A stretch of DNA of 64,000 nucleotides from Streptomycetaceae bacterium (GTDB lineage Bacteria; Actinomycetota; Actinomycetes; Nanopelagicales; Nanopelagicaceae): positions 2,595-66,594 of the forward strand of contig JAIXXJ010000018.1 of the NCBI GenBank assembly GCA_027490815.1. The letters run 5' to 3'. The notes beneath the pieces are model-generated. The model made no database searches, was not told where the DNA came from, and saw only the letters and a list, made by a program, of their open reading frames with translations. Shown piece after piece: positions 45,968 to 56,875 of this stretch (its first letter is position 1; each line of letters starts with the position of its first letter). The position numbers were made by a program, and so were the translations under genes.

Positions 45968-47065
45968 CTAGCGCCTAGAGATGAATAGGAGTTTCCCGTC
46001 ATCTGTTGTGGCAACCATGGTTCCATCTGGCAATAATTCCAGATCTCTAATTCGGTGGCCAACATCAAATGAGGTCACCGCTCCCACTTTATTTGGTGTT
46101 AACAGTTCAATAAAGATAAGCGCTTGCTCGGCTAAGGTCCCCATAACTATCTGTGACTGCTGTGCTTTCCATTGCGGACCACTTGGAAGTTGTACTAACT
46201 CTGTTGGTGCAACGGATGGAACCCAGGAGTACAAAGGTTTTTCATAACCAGCATGAGTTCCGGGTCTAGTCGGTTTCACATAATCACCTGAGCTGTAGGC
46301 CTGACCAAATGTTACAAATGGCCAGCCATAATCTTTTCCGCTCTTTACCAAATTAAGTTCATCTCCGCCGCGCGGTCCATGTTCGGAGATATAAATATTG
46401 TTACCAATCTTTACGATCCCTTGGGGATTTCGGTGCCCCTTTGAGATCTGCTTAATTGAATTGGCTTTTATTTCAAAAACTCCGCCAAGCCACCCTCTTA
46501 CCGCCACGCGATTAATCCTTGGAAATCCAAGGTCGCCTGTAGTCAGATATGCAGTCGTGCTATCGATAACTTGCATGCGCCCTGCTGCATGTTGGACTGC
46601 GCTGATTGCAACACAGGGCTTTCCTTGAAACCACCGTTCGCCTTTTTCTATGCTCTGCTCTTTTTTAGAGTATATGTAGCGAAAGACGACTAAACGCACG
46701 CACTCTGGGTTCTGGGTCAATCGTGGATAAGAGATTAGTAACTGCGCAGAATTAGCATCTTCGCTGAGGATTGCGATATCAGTGGGTGCAAATCGAGAGT
46801 CACGGATTCGCTCATTTTGTTCTAGAACTTTGCCGATCGTTACGAGCTTGTTTTGTGAGTAGAGAAACAGCGTATCTCCGCGTTCTCCCCCACCCAGTAA
46901 CAAACTGCCATCATTTAAAACCGCTAATGCTGCCCCGCGCCCTGATTCAACCTGAGTGCTCTTTACATTCTTTTCTTGTATTTCAAGAATTTGTTCGTTA
47001 GCGACTGCCGCGCTATTTGCTGTAACAAGCAGTAATGAGATCAAAAGAATAAGCGGCTTCTTCAT
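45968..47065 (-). CDS. PQQ-dependent sugar (glucose/sorbosone) dehydrogenase-like beta-propeller protein
   Basis: Signal peptide. GHRNPQGI, EHGPRGGDELN and GKDYGWP blocks typical of soluble GDH-B/sorbosone dehydrogenases. Confidence 0.8.
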   Translation of the reverse strand: MKKPLILLISLLLVTANSAAVANEQILEIQEKNVKSTQVESGRGAALAVLNDGSLLLGGGERGDTLFLYSQNKLVTIGKVLEQNERIRDSRFAPTDIAILSEDANSAQLLISYPRLTQNPECVRLVVFRYIYSKKEQSIEKGERWFQGKPCVAISAVQHAAGRMQVIDSTTAYLTTGDLGFPRINRVAVRGWLGGVFEIKANSIKQISKGHRNPQGIVKIGNNIYISEHGPRGGDELNLVKSGKDYGWPFVTFGQAYSSGDYVKPTRPGTHAGYEKPLYSWVPSVAPTELVQLPSGPQWKAQQSQIVMGTLAEQALIFIELLTPNKVGAVTSFDVGHRIRDLELLPDGTMVATTDDGKLLFISRR

Positions 47066-47139
47066 GGCTTAATCTTATGAGAGATGCTTAGTTTTCATTA
47101 TCTGAAGCGGCCACCATGCAAAAAGATAGATGGAACTTT

Positions 47140-48003
47140 CTAAGTTTTCTTTAAGTCTTCCCGGACAACTATGTAAACGCCCACCAAAAGGATTATCCCG
47201 GCGATTATTTGAATCTGTGAAACGCTTTGACTGAAAACAGAAAAACCAATGATGCCCGCAACTAGTGGATTGATAAATGCAAAAGATGTCAGCAGTTCTG
47301 GTGATACTCGATCGGCCAATCCCATATAGGCCCAGTACTGGGCGGCAAGGGCTGCAATTAAAAAAAGCATATTAAAGTTCAAAACATCCGCGCTTTTAAT
47401 CGCCGGTGATGAAATGAAAAGTTGGAGAAATCCGGCTGCAATGGCACTGATTGAAACTTGAATGGCAGTTGCCAGAAGAATTGGATACGTCGGCGGATAT
47501 TTAATCCAAATTTGAGTGCCAATAAACCAGGCAATGACAGATAAGAAGGCAACGGTTATTCCTACTGCAGAGACTGACTCACTCGGTGCGCCAATTAAGA
47601 AGGCAACAGCAAATGTTGCAACTACAACACCAATGACAGAGTTTCTGGTTGGTTTACTGCCGTGAAAGGCTGCATAGACAACAGCTAATGCCGGCAGAAT
47701 TGAATACGTTAAAGAAATTACCGCACCTGGCTCTTTAGAGCTTGCCCATGCAACAGCGCCACTGCAAATTGGTGAAAAAATCAGTCCTGTAGCACCCAGC
47801 ATGAGTAGCTGTTTATCAAAGCGAATTAACTTAAATGAGGCTGGCATGACTATGGCAACGGCGATTAACAAAATAGCAGCGGCTCCTACAGAGCGAATAA
47901 AGATGATGTTGAATAGATCAACGCTACTTGTTACTTCACTTAAAAATGGATAGATGGCACCGCCAATAATCCACATGACGGCTAAGCGAATGAAATTATT
48001 CAT
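47140..48003 (-). CDS. EamA/DMT-family transporter
   Basis: 287 aa, about ten hydrophobic helices with a two-repeat look. Confidence 0.65.
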   Translation of the reverse strand: MNNFIRLAVMWIIGGAIYPFLSEVTSSVDLFNIIFIRSVGAAAILLIAVAIVMPASFKLIRFDKQLLMLGATGLIFSPICSGAVAWASSKEPGAVISLTYSILPALAVVYAAFHGSKPTRNSVIGVVVATFAVAFLIGAPSESVSAVGITVAFLSVIAWFIGTQIWIKYPPTYPILLATAIQVSISAIAAGFLQLFISSPAIKSADVLNFNMLFLIAALAAQYWAYMGLADRVSPELLTSFAFINPLVAGIIGFSVFSQSVSQIQIIAGIILLVGVYIVVREDLKKT

Positions 48004-48009
48004 ACGCTC

Positions 48010-50691
48010 TTATTTAGCCACAGCTGCGCGTCCAGATTCCAATCTCGCAATCGGCACTCTAAATGGTGAACAAGAGACATAATCCAGACCCAGTTCGTGG
48101 AAGAAATGAATACTGCGTGGATCACCACCATGCTCACCACACACACCTAACTTAAAATCACTGCGCACTGTGCGGGAAAGCTCTGCGGCCTGTCGCACCA
48201 AGATTCCAACACCTGCTTGATCCAATGATTCAAATGGATTAAAAGGAAGCAGCTCTAAATCAAGATAGCGAGGCAAGAAGGTTGATTCCACATCGTCTCG
48301 GCTAAATGCCCAGGTTAACTGCGTTAAATCATTTGTTCCGAATGAGAAAAAGTCAGCATGCACACCTAAGCGATCTGCCGTTATTGCAGCGCGTGGGGTT
48401 TCAATCATGGTGCCTATTGGCATATCAATCACTTGATTTGTGCCCTTGAATGTCTGCACGATCTCTTCTTCTAGAGTTTCACGCAGATATAAAAGCTCTC
48501 TCTGTGTAGAAACAAGAGGAATCATTACCTCTGGCTTTGGATCATGTCCAAGCTTTTTAACTTCTAGTGATGCATGAACAAGGGCGCGCACCTGCATTTT
48601 GTAGAGCTCTGGGATCAAAATTCCCAGGCGAACTCCACGAAGACCAAGCATTGGATTTGATTCATGCAAACGTCGAACGGCAGCAAAGAGCGCTTTGTCT
48701 CTTGCCGGAATCTCTTCACCTAACGCTTCACTTCTTGCCATTTGTGAACTTAAATCAACAAGTGATGGCAAAAACTCATGCAGCGGTGGATCTAACAAAC
48801 GAATGGTTACTGGAAGTCCTGACATTGCCATCATGATTCCAACAAAGTCAGCTCTTTGTAGCGGTTCCATCTCGGCAATTACACCGCGCTGCACATCTTC
48901 ATTTTCAGCTAGTACTAAGCGCTCAACGTAGGAACGGCGCTCACCTAAGAACATATGTTCTGTGCGGCAGAGGCCAACACCTTGCGCCCCCAAGATTCTG
49001 GCTCTAATTGCATCCTCTGGTGTGTCTGCATTTGTGCGCACATTAAGTTTGCGTCGTGAATCTGCGTGAGTCAAAATTCTATGAACAGCCTTAACAACAG
49101 GTGATGCCTCATCAGTTTCAGCAGATACACGGCCCTCTAGATAGGAAGTAACAGATGATGCAACAACTGGGACAGCGCCAAGATAGACGACTCCTGTTGT
49201 GCCATCGATAGAGATGATGTCGCCTTCATAGACAGTGTGTGTGCCGACGGTAAACAAATTTGCGCGCTCATCGACAGAGATTGAATCTGTTCCACAGATT
49301 GCAGTCTTGCCCATTCCGCGTGCGACAACTGCTGCGTGTGAAGTTTTACCACCGCGGCTAGTCAAGATGCCTTCTGCTGCAACCATTCCCACAAGATCAT
49401 CTGGGCTTGTCTCGCGGCGAACAAGAATTACTTTTTTGCCAGCCTTACTTAAATCAAATGCGCGCTTTGAATCAAATACCGCCTCGCCCACTGCAGCACC
49501 TGGCGATGCAGGAATACCGCGAGCAATTTCTACTAAGTTGCCGCGTGTATCAAACTGGGGAAACATCAACATCGCTAACTGATCACCACTGGTGCGGCCA
49601 ATGGCCTCATCCATTGTGATTGTTCCTTCATCAACAAACTGCAAGGCGATACGAAATGCTGCCTCTGCTGTGCGCTTACCAACTCGAGTTTGCAAGATAT
49701 ATAACTTGCCACGCTCGATGGTAAATTCAATGTCACAGAGGTCTTTGTAATGTGCCTCTAGCATCACCATGATTTTTTCTAGTTCTCCATGAACGCGAGG
49801 TTCAATAACACCAAATTCATCGAGTGACATTGGTGTGCGAATACCTGCAACAACATCTTCACCCTGTGCTTTTTGTAGATAATCTCCGTAAGAGCCGATC
49901 TCACCATTTGATGGATTGCGAGTAAAGGCAACACCAGTTCCGGAATCATCGCTAAGGTTTCCAAATACCATTGATTGAATATTGACTGCTGTTCCTAAAT
50001 CAGAAGGAATCAACTCACGGCGGCGATATAGCGTTGCTCGCTCAGAGTTCCACGATCTAAAGACTGCCTCGATTGAATCGATTAAATGTTCACGGGGATC
50101 GGTTGGAAATTCTTTTCCTGTTGCAACTTCAATTACCTTTATAAAGCCATCTGCGAGCGCCTTTAATCCTTCAACATCTAAATCTTGAAGATTTGTCGTT
50201 TTGTGCGCAGCCAGTACACGAGTTTGTACTTTATGAAACTCCTCTGCCTCTACATCGCAAACGATCTTGCCGTACATCTCGATAAACCGGCGATATGAAT
50301 CCCAGGCAAATCGTGCATTGCCAGAGCTATCTGCCATTGATTGGGCAACCTCTGGAGTAATTCCAACGTTTAGTACTGTCTCCATCATGCCGGGCATAGA
50401 AAACTTTGCACCAGAGCGCACAGATACAAGCAGTGGATTTTTAACGCCGCCAAAAGTTTTGCCAAGCTCTTTTTCAAGCGCTGCTAATGAATCGCTAATT
50501 TCTTTGCGAAGGCCTTCTGGAAACTTGCCTGTCTTTAAATACTCACGGCACGCAGTTGTTGCAATCGTAAATCCTGGAGGAACTGGCAAGCCGATGCGAA
50601 CCATCTCGGCCAAGTTGGCACCTTTGCCACCCAGTAAATCTTTTTGTGACATGTCACCAAAAGTAAATGGATAGATATGGCGTTGCGTCAC
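48010..50691 (-). CDS. ppdK: Pyruvate, phosphate dikinase
   Basis: 893 aa. GGKGANLAEM, phospho-His loop GGKTSHAAVVARGMG, C-terminal GVCGEHGGDP. Confidence 0.95.
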   Translation of the reverse strand: MTQRHIYPFTFGDMSQKDLLGGKGANLAEMVRIGLPVPPGFTIATTACREYLKTGKFPEGLRKEISDSLAALEKELGKTFGGVKNPLLVSVRSGAKFSMPGMMETVLNVGITPEVAQSMADSSGNARFAWDSYRRFIEMYGKIVCDVEAEEFHKVQTRVLAAHKTTNLQDLDVEGLKALADGFIKVIEVATGKEFPTDPREHLIDSIEAVFRSWNSERATLYRRRELIPSDLGTAVNIQSMVFGNLSDDSGTGVAFTRNPSNGEIGSYGDYLQKAQGEDVVAGIRTPMSLDEFGVIEPRVHGELEKIMVMLEAHYKDLCDIEFTIERGKLYILQTRVGKRTAEAAFRIALQFVDEGTITMDEAIGRTSGDQLAMLMFPQFDTRGNLVEIARGIPASPGAAVGEAVFDSKRAFDLSKAGKKVILVRRETSPDDLVGMVAAEGILTSRGGKTSHAAVVARGMGKTAICGTDSISVDERANLFTVGTHTVYEGDIISIDGTTGVVYLGAVPVVASSVTSYLEGRVSAETDEASPVVKAVHRILTHADSRRKLNVRTNADTPEDAIRARILGAQGVGLCRTEHMFLGERRSYVERLVLAENEDVQRGVIAEMEPLQRADFVGIMMAMSGLPVTIRLLDPPLHEFLPSLVDLSSQMARSEALGEEIPARDKALFAAVRRLHESNPMLGLRGVRLGILIPELYKMQVRALVHASLEVKKLGHDPKPEVMIPLVSTQRELLYLRETLEEEIVQTFKGTNQVIDMPIGTMIETPRAAITADRLGVHADFFSFGTNDLTQLTWAFSRDDVESTFLPRYLDLELLPFNPFESLDQAGVGILVRQAAELSRTVRSDFKLGVCGEHGGDPRSIHFFHELGLDYVSCSPFRVPIARLESGRAAVAK

Positions 50692-50790
50692 AAATGTGCC
50701 TTTCGTTGAATGAGAAGAAATCTACACACCCCAGCGCCTCTGGTGCGAGGAGATTGCTCTATTGGCAAGGGTGAGGTTGGACCTGCTTGT

Positions 50791-51570
50791 TTAGCTAGCC
50801 GAATAGAGAGTCTGTGAGAGCTCGTTTGCGACCTTGCGGGTGAGGCGGGCTGCCTGATCTAGTTTGGATTCTAGGCGCACCTTTGGAGCGCCGATGTTAA
50901 GGGCAGCAACTATTCGCCCGGATGCATCTCTTATTGGCGCAGAACAACCGACCACTCCGATTTCAAACTCTTCATCGACAACGCTAAAGCCCTGTTGGCG
51001 AACTTTTGCTAACTCATCGATGAGCTCTTGTGTGGATTTAAAGATGCGTTGCCCCATTACATTTGAAAGCGCTTCGGGCGTCCACTTTGCATTAAGAGAT
51101 GTCTCATCCCATTCACACAATAAAACCCGCCCTGCAGACGTAGATGGTGCGGGAGATGTAAGCCCTTCCCATACCGCACGAAAACCATGGGCCGGTGCAG
51201 CTGTTGAAAGAGTAAGGACTTCATCGTTTCGAAGAACGCAAAGATGCGTTGTTTCTTGGGCAAGTTCGGCCAAGCGGCGCAGGTAAGGCGTGGCAACTGA
51301 CGCTAGGTGCGCCTCGAAAGTCTGGGCGCTTAATGCATAGAGCCGCCAACCCAGGCGATAGAACATTGTGTTGGGATCGCGATCGACAAGGCCCTGTTCG
51401 GCCAAAGTAGATAGGGCGCGGGAAACTTGCGTCTTTTCGCGCCCGGCCATTTCTGCGATTCGGATGACGCCCAGCCCTGATTTATGCTCAGCCTCGTATT
51501 TGCCCAGGACCTCGAGCAGCTCGATATCCCTGCGTAGGCCGGCCGAATTAGTCTGGCGCTTGGAACTCAT
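50791..51570 (-). CDS. IclR-family transcriptional regulator
   Basis: N-terminal wHTH (LEVLGK...IRIAEMAGREKTQVSRALSTL) plus an IclR effector domain. Divergent from the ccr-led array. Confidence 0.85.
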   Translation of the reverse strand: MSSKRQTNSAGLRRDIELLEVLGKYEAEHKSGLGVIRIAEMAGREKTQVSRALSTLAEQGLVDRDPNTMFYRLGWRLYALSAQTFEAHLASVATPYLRRLAELAQETTHLCVLRNDEVLTLSTAAPAHGFRAVWEGLTSPAPSTSAGRVLLCEWDETSLNAKWTPEALSNVMGQRIFKSTQELIDELAKVRQQGFSVVDEEFEIGVVGCSAPIRDASGRIVAALNIGAPKVRLESKLDQAARLTRKVANELSQTLYSAS

Positions 51571-51674
51571 GAAACGATGCTAAACCGTTATGTGCCATAT
51601 GCGCAACTGTAGTTGTATGAAGTATGCGCTCAGACATAGTTTCTCCACATTAAAGAAAGGGTCACCACCTCAAC

Positions 51675-52910
51675 ATGGCTGCTTATGCAATAGGAACGCT
51701 CCCACCCGTGGGAGAAGTACCACCAACAATGTTTGCTCACGTCATTCGATCAAACCGTTTGGGTGAACCAAAAGATGCTTTTAAAGTTGAAGAGGTTCCA
51801 ACACCAACGCCAAAGCGTGGTGAAGTTTTAATTGCTGTCATGGCTGCCGGTATTAACTACAACAATGTTTGGGCTGCGCGCGGAATTCCAATTGATGTAA
51901 TTGCAGCTCGTCAAAAAGGTGGAGAGCCAGAAGATTTTCACGTCGGTGGTAGCGATGCATCAGGAATTGTTTATGCAGTTGGCGAAGGCGTTACAAAAGT
52001 AAAAGTTGGCGATGAAGTTGCCATTCACCATGGTTGGTGGGATGCAGATGATCCTTGGGTATTAGCAGGTAAAGATCCAATGATCGCCCGCTCATCTAAG
52101 ACATGGGGTTATCAAACTAACTACGGATCATTTGGTCAGTTTTCAATTGTGCAAGAACACCAGTGCCTACCTAAGGCGCCATCACTATCTTGGGAAGAAG
52201 CCGCTGCATCAACATTGTGCGGAACAACTGCATATCGCATGATGTTTGGTTGGGCCCCACACGATACAAAGAAGGGCGATGTCGTTCTTGTTTGGGGTGG
52301 TTCAGGTGGTGTTGGTTCCATGGCGATTCAACTTGCAAAAGCAGTAGGTGCAATCCCTGTTGCAGTTGTGTCAGACGATGAGCGCGGTGAGTTCTGTATC
52401 AAACTTGGCGCAAAGGGCTACATCAATCGTAATGATTTTTCACACTGGGGTACACCTCCACACTGGACAGATGAGGCCGGCCAAAAGACTTGGACTGCAG
52501 GTGCACGTGCATTTGGCGCAAAGATTTGGGAAATTGTTGGAGAGAAAAAAGATCCAGCAATTGTCATTGAGCACCCAGGTGAGGCAACTGTTCCAACATC
52601 AATCTTTGTCTGCGAACCAGGCGGAATGGTTGTGATCTGTGCGGGAACAACTGGTTATTCAGCCGTTGTTGATCTTCGCTATCACTGGACTCGTCAAAAG
52701 AGATTCCAAGGTTCACATGGAACAAATGATGAACAGGCAATTGCATTTAACAAAATGCTCACATCTGGAGCAATCCACCCAGCACTCGGTGAAGTGCTGG
52801 CATTTGATGAAATTCCTCATGCACATCAGCGTATGCACGAGGGAGATTTAGCGCTGGGAAATACCGCGATTCTTATTGGCGCAGCCAGTAAGGGACTCGG
52901 TAAGAAGTAA
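51675..52910 (+). CDS. ccr: Crotonyl-CoA carboxylase/reductase-family enoyl-CoA reductase
   Basis: Aligns by eye along its length with Ccr sequences I recall: VMAAGINYNNVWAA, GGSDASGIVYAVGEGV, WGYQTNYGSFGQF, VWGGSGGVGS, EHPGEAT, VICAGTTGY, RFQGSH. Confidence 0.85.
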   Translation: MAAYAIGTLPPVGEVPPTMFAHVIRSNRLGEPKDAFKVEEVPTPTPKRGEVLIAVMAAGINYNNVWAARGIPIDVIAARQKGGEPEDFHVGGSDASGIVYAVGEGVTKVKVGDEVAIHHGWWDADDPWVLAGKDPMIARSSKTWGYQTNYGSFGQFSIVQEHQCLPKAPSLSWEEAAASTLCGTTAYRMMFGWAPHDTKKGDVVLVWGGSGGVGSMAIQLAKAVGAIPVAVVSDDERGEFCIKLGAKGYINRNDFSHWGTPPHWTDEAGQKTWTAGARAFGAKIWEIVGEKKDPAIVIEHPGEATVPTSIFVCEPGGMVVICAGTTGYSAVVDLRYHWTRQKRFQGSHGTNDEQAIAFNKMLTSGAIHPALGEVLAFDEIPHAHQRMHEGDLALGNTAILIGAASKGLGKK

Positions 52911-52972
52911 AAGCAGTACAGATTGGTACTCATCGCGAGTGCCTAATCTTTCCTACCTAGGAGAGGAAAAAA

Positions 52973-54544
52973 ATGCAAGAACAAGATAACAACGCAGTTA
53001 ACGAGCTATCTCGCCGCGGACTGTTGATGGGAACTGCCGCTGGTGGACTTCTCATTGCCGGTAGTGGAGCGATGCTTGCACCTTCAGCAAATGCAGCAAC
53101 TGCAAAGATCAAAAGAGGTGGAGTACTTCGTGTTGGAGTTGGCTCTGGAAGCACAACTGAAACACAAGATGCACACCTTGGTGGGTTTACTGCAGACACT
53201 GCACGTCAATACCAGCTATACGATCGCTTAGTAACTCGCGATTCAAACTTTAAGCTTGTCAACGAGCTTGCAGATTCATTTACACCTAATAAGTCAGGTA
53301 ACGTCTGGACAGTTCGCGTAAAGAAGGGCGTTAAGTTTCACAACGGCCGCGCACTTACAGCAGATGACGTAATCTTCACAATCCAGCGCATCTTGAACCC
53401 TGCGACAAAGGCAATCCGTGCTGGCGCCTTGTCAGGTATTGATGCAGCAAAGCTTAAGAAAGTTGATGCCTACACAGTTTCAATTACATTGAAGTCTGCA
53501 AACGTAACTTTCGATGAGCTTTTCTCAGACTATGCAATGGGTATCGTTCCAGTTGGCTACAACCCAACTAGCCCAGTAGGTACTGGTCCATTTAAGTTCA
53601 AGTCATTTACACCAGGTGTTAAGAGTGTTTACACAAAGAACACAAGCTACTGGCGTACAGGCGAGCCATATGTTGATTCAGTAGAGATCATTTCGATCCC
53701 TGATGAGACAGCTCGCGTTAACGCACTAGTTAGTGGTCAGGTTGATTGCATCACTGATCTTCCTAACTCACAGGTAAGTGCAGTTAAGGCAAACAAGAAG
53801 TTGGCAGTACTTAACGCAAAGACTGGTGCTTACGTTCCAATTGCAATGAACTGCCTAAAGGGTCCATTTACAGATGTTAAGGTCCGTCAAGCTTTCCGCT
53901 TGATGATCGACCGTGAAGCAGTTGTAAAGCAGGCTTACAGCGGATTTGCTCAAATGGGTAACGACGTTATTGGTCGCTACGACGAGGGATACAACACGAA
54001 GCTAAAGCAACGTGACTACGATCCTGAAAAAGCAAAGGCCCTTATCAAGGCATCTGGTGTCACAATTCCTAAAATGGAGTTGAAGACAACTGATGAAGCT
54101 TCAGGAATGCTTACAATTCCTCAGATCTTTGCTCTCAATGCAAAGCAAGCTGGCGTGACCGTAGAAGTTACTCAGCCATCTGATTTCTGGACCGGATGGC
54201 CAGGAGCTTCAATCTTTGCAATGGATTACTACGTAAACCGTACTTACCTGCAAGGAGCCACATTGGTTTATTGCGGTGGAGACTATGCAAAAGAGACTGG
54301 CTGGAGTAACCCAGAGTTTGAAGCTTTGATTGCACAGGCTCTTAAGACTCCTAACAAGGCTCTACGTAATGAAATCATCGCTGATGCTCAAGAGATTGAA
54401 TACAACGAAGGTGGATACATCGTAACTTCGTTCTATAACAAGCTTGATGCACACAGTGCAAAGGTCACTGGATTTGGAGCAGGTCACCCAAGTGGTAACT
54501 CGCTCAGCAACTTCACCCTTCGCTCGGTTGGTTTCACAGCTTAA
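52973..54544 (+). CDS. Family-5 (Dpp/Opp/opine-type) ABC substrate-binding protein with Tat-type leader
   Basis: Leader SRRGLLMGTAAGGLLIAGSG. 523-aa SBP_bac_5-like body. Confidence 0.85.
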   Translation: MQEQDNNAVNELSRRGLLMGTAAGGLLIAGSGAMLAPSANAATAKIKRGGVLRVGVGSGSTTETQDAHLGGFTADTARQYQLYDRLVTRDSNFKLVNELADSFTPNKSGNVWTVRVKKGVKFHNGRALTADDVIFTIQRILNPATKAIRAGALSGIDAAKLKKVDAYTVSITLKSANVTFDELFSDYAMGIVPVGYNPTSPVGTGPFKFKSFTPGVKSVYTKNTSYWRTGEPYVDSVEIISIPDETARVNALVSGQVDCITDLPNSQVSAVKANKKLAVLNAKTGAYVPIAMNCLKGPFTDVKVRQAFRLMIDREAVVKQAYSGFAQMGNDVIGRYDEGYNTKLKQRDYDPEKAKALIKASGVTIPKMELKTTDEASGMLTIPQIFALNAKQAGVTVEVTQPSDFWTGWPGASIFAMDYYVNRTYLQGATLVYCGGDYAKETGWSNPEFEALIAQALKTPNKALRNEIIADAQEIEYNEGGYIVTSFYNKLDAHSAKVTGFGAGHPSGNSLSNFTLRSVGFTA

Positions 54545-54566
54545 TTAAGAAGCTGATACTGAATAT

Positions 54567-54598
54567 TTCGGTACCCGTGCGAATGCGCGGGTACCGAA
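54567..54598 (+). promoter_or_regulatory. Stem-loop after the SBP gene
   Basis: TTCGGTACCCGTGC-GAAT-GCGCGGGTACCGAA: 14-bp stem with one G-U pair and no U-tract. Confidence 0.55.
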
Positions 54599-54675
54599 GT
54601 TCAGATCGGTGGTACATAGTAAAAACTGGAATTAAAAGCTTTGTTTGTAAGTGCAGATAAGTTAAAGGGGTTTTC

Positions 54676-55863
54676 ATGAAGATCGTAAGTGCCAAGGTTT
54701 TTGTAGTCGGCACTCCCCCACCACACGATGGTGGTGCATTTTGGGTCTTCGTTAAACTTACAACTGATACAGGTGTAGAGGGAATTGGCGAGGTTTATGC
54801 CGTTCCGTTCCATCCTTCAGTTGTAGAAAAAATGATTGAAGATGTCCTAGATCGCTATGTAATTGGCACATCTCCATTTGATATTGAGGCGCTATGGCGC
54901 CGTGCATACTCTGCAGGATTTACTCAGCGTCCTGATGTTTCGATGGTTGCAATTCTCTCTGGTATCGAAACTGCTTGCTGGGACATCATGGGTAAAGAGA
55001 CCAACCAGCCGGTTTATAACCTCCTTGGTGGCAAAGTCAGAGATCGTGTTCGCAGTTATACATATATTTATCCAGCTCCGGGTAAAGATAACTCTGTTTA
55101 TTCAAATGCAGATATCTCATGTGAGCGCGCAGCTGTATATATAAAGGATGGATTTACTGCACTTAAGTTTGATCCAATCGGTCCATATTCAGCATTTGAT
55201 CCACGTCAACTTTCACTTGAGATGTTGGATTTCACCGAAAAATTTGTTAAGCAGTTGCGAGAGGCAGTCGGTGACAAAGTAGATCTACTTTTGGGTACAC
55301 ATGGTCAGTTAACTCCGGCAAGTGCTATCCGCTTAGCGCGACGAATTGAAAAGTATGATCCCCTATGGTTTGAAGAACCAACTCCCCCAGATATGCCAGA
55401 AGAATTGGCCAGAGTTGCATCCCGTACAACTATTCCAATTGCAACAGGTGAGCGCCTATCTACTAAGTATGAATTTGCGCGAGTACTTCGAAACAACTCC
55501 GCATCAATTTTGCAGATGGCAATAGGCCGTGTTGGTGGAATCATGGAGACTAAGAAGATTGCAGCTATTGCAGAGGTTCACTACGCCCAAATTGCTCCGC
55601 ACCTTTATGCCGGACCAATTGAAGCTGCCGCAAACCTTCATGTTGATCTTTCAACACCAAACTTTCTCATTCAAGAGTCAATTGGAAAGATGGATAACTT
55701 CCATTCCAAACTTCTTAAGAAGCCGTTGCCTTGGGAAAATGGATATTTCCTCCCAACAACAGATCCTGGCTTAGGTGTTGAACTCAACGAAGAAGTTGCA
55801 GCTGCCAACCCATACACCGGAAAGCGCCTTCATTTAGAGATGCATCAGGAGCCATTGAACTAA
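54676..55863 (+). CDS. Enolase-superfamily dehydratase (mandelate racemase/muconate lactonizing family, acid-sugar dehydratase-like)
   Basis: MKI...KLTTDTGVEGIGE capping domain. KFDP, EEP and ATGE barrel-motif positions. 395 aa. Confidence 0.85.
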   Translation: MKIVSAKVFVVGTPPPHDGGAFWVFVKLTTDTGVEGIGEVYAVPFHPSVVEKMIEDVLDRYVIGTSPFDIEALWRRAYSAGFTQRPDVSMVAILSGIETACWDIMGKETNQPVYNLLGGKVRDRVRSYTYIYPAPGKDNSVYSNADISCERAAVYIKDGFTALKFDPIGPYSAFDPRQLSLEMLDFTEKFVKQLREAVGDKVDLLLGTHGQLTPASAIRLARRIEKYDPLWFEEPTPPDMPEELARVASRTTIPIATGERLSTKYEFARVLRNNSASILQMAIGRVGGIMETKKIAAIAEVHYAQIAPHLYAGPIEAAANLHVDLSTPNFLIQESIGKMDNFHSKLLKKPLPWENGYFLPTTDPGLGVELNEEVAAANPYTGKRLHLEMHQEPLN

Positions 55864-55948
55864 ATCTTTTTCGCTCCTAGGCGAATTTTTATGCAGAGCA
55901 GATAACAGAATTAAAACGACCGAAGCAAGGGAATGAGGAGAAATAGCA

Positions 55949-56875
55949 ATGCGCGTTGGCTACATAGGTTTAGGTAATTTAGGTGTGCACCTTGCAACAA
56001 GTTTGCAGAGAAATGGCTTTGATTTAACAGTCAATGACATCGATAAAGGTGCTGCAAAGAATCTTCTTAGCATGGGTGCAAAGTGGGCAGATTCTCCTAA
56101 AGAGTTGGCAGAAAATGTAGACATCGTTATCACGTGCTTGCCATCTCCTGCAGTTGTAAAGCATGTAATGCTTGCAGATAACGGAGTGCTCGCTGGCCTT
56201 AAAACGGGTGGCGTTTGGATGGAGATGAGTACCAATGATCGCCATGTTATTGAAGAGATCGCAGCGCTTGCAGCTGAAAAGGGAATAGATACTTTGGAGT
56301 CACCTGTAACAGGTGGTGTGCACTTGGCAGCCTCTGGAAAGATCACGGTTTTAATTGGCGGAGAACAAAAGGTTTATGAAAAATGTAAGAAAGTAATTGA
56401 GGCTGTTGGAGGCCAGAATTTCTACATGGGCCCTCTAGGAAATGCATCAATTATTAAAGTAATTACAAATATGTTGGCATTTATTCACCTAGTTGCAGCC
56501 GGTGAGGCCATGATGCTTGCAAAACAAGGTGGTCTTGATCTCAAGACATCTTTTGAAGCAATCCGTGCCTCCTCTGGAACAAGCTTTGTTCATGAAACAG
56601 AGACTCAACTAGTTTTGAGTGGTTCTTACAACATTGGTTTCACGATGGATCTAGCCCTGAAAGACATTGGCTTTGCAACAGAGATGGGACGCACATTTGG
56701 TGTCCCTCTAGAGCTTGCAGCAATTACTGAACAGGCATTTGTTCGCGGAAAGGCCCAATACGGTGGGGATGCATGGTCTCCAAAGGTTATTAAACTTCTA
56801 GAAGATGCCGTTGGTGTAGAACTTCGCGCCCCTGGCTTCCCAGATGTTCTAACAGATACGGAAGGTCCTAAATAA
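55949..56875 (+). CDS. NAD(P)-dependent 3-hydroxyacid dehydrogenase (HIBADH/tartronate-semialdehyde reductase family)
   Basis: VGYIGLGNLGVHLA Rossmann motif. HIBADH-type length and blocks. Confidence 0.85.
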   Translation: MRVGYIGLGNLGVHLATSLQRNGFDLTVNDIDKGAAKNLLSMGAKWADSPKELAENVDIVITCLPSPAVVKHVMLADNGVLAGLKTGGVWMEMSTNDRHVIEEIAALAAEKGIDTLESPVTGGVHLAASGKITVLIGGEQKVYEKCKKVIEAVGGQNFYMGPLGNASIIKVITNMLAFIHLVAAGEAMMLAKQGGLDLKTSFEAIRASSGTSFVHETETQLVLSGSYNIGFTMDLALKDIGFATEMGRTFGVPLELAAITEQAFVRGKAQYGGDAWSPKVIKLLEDAVGVELRAPGFPDVLTDTEGPK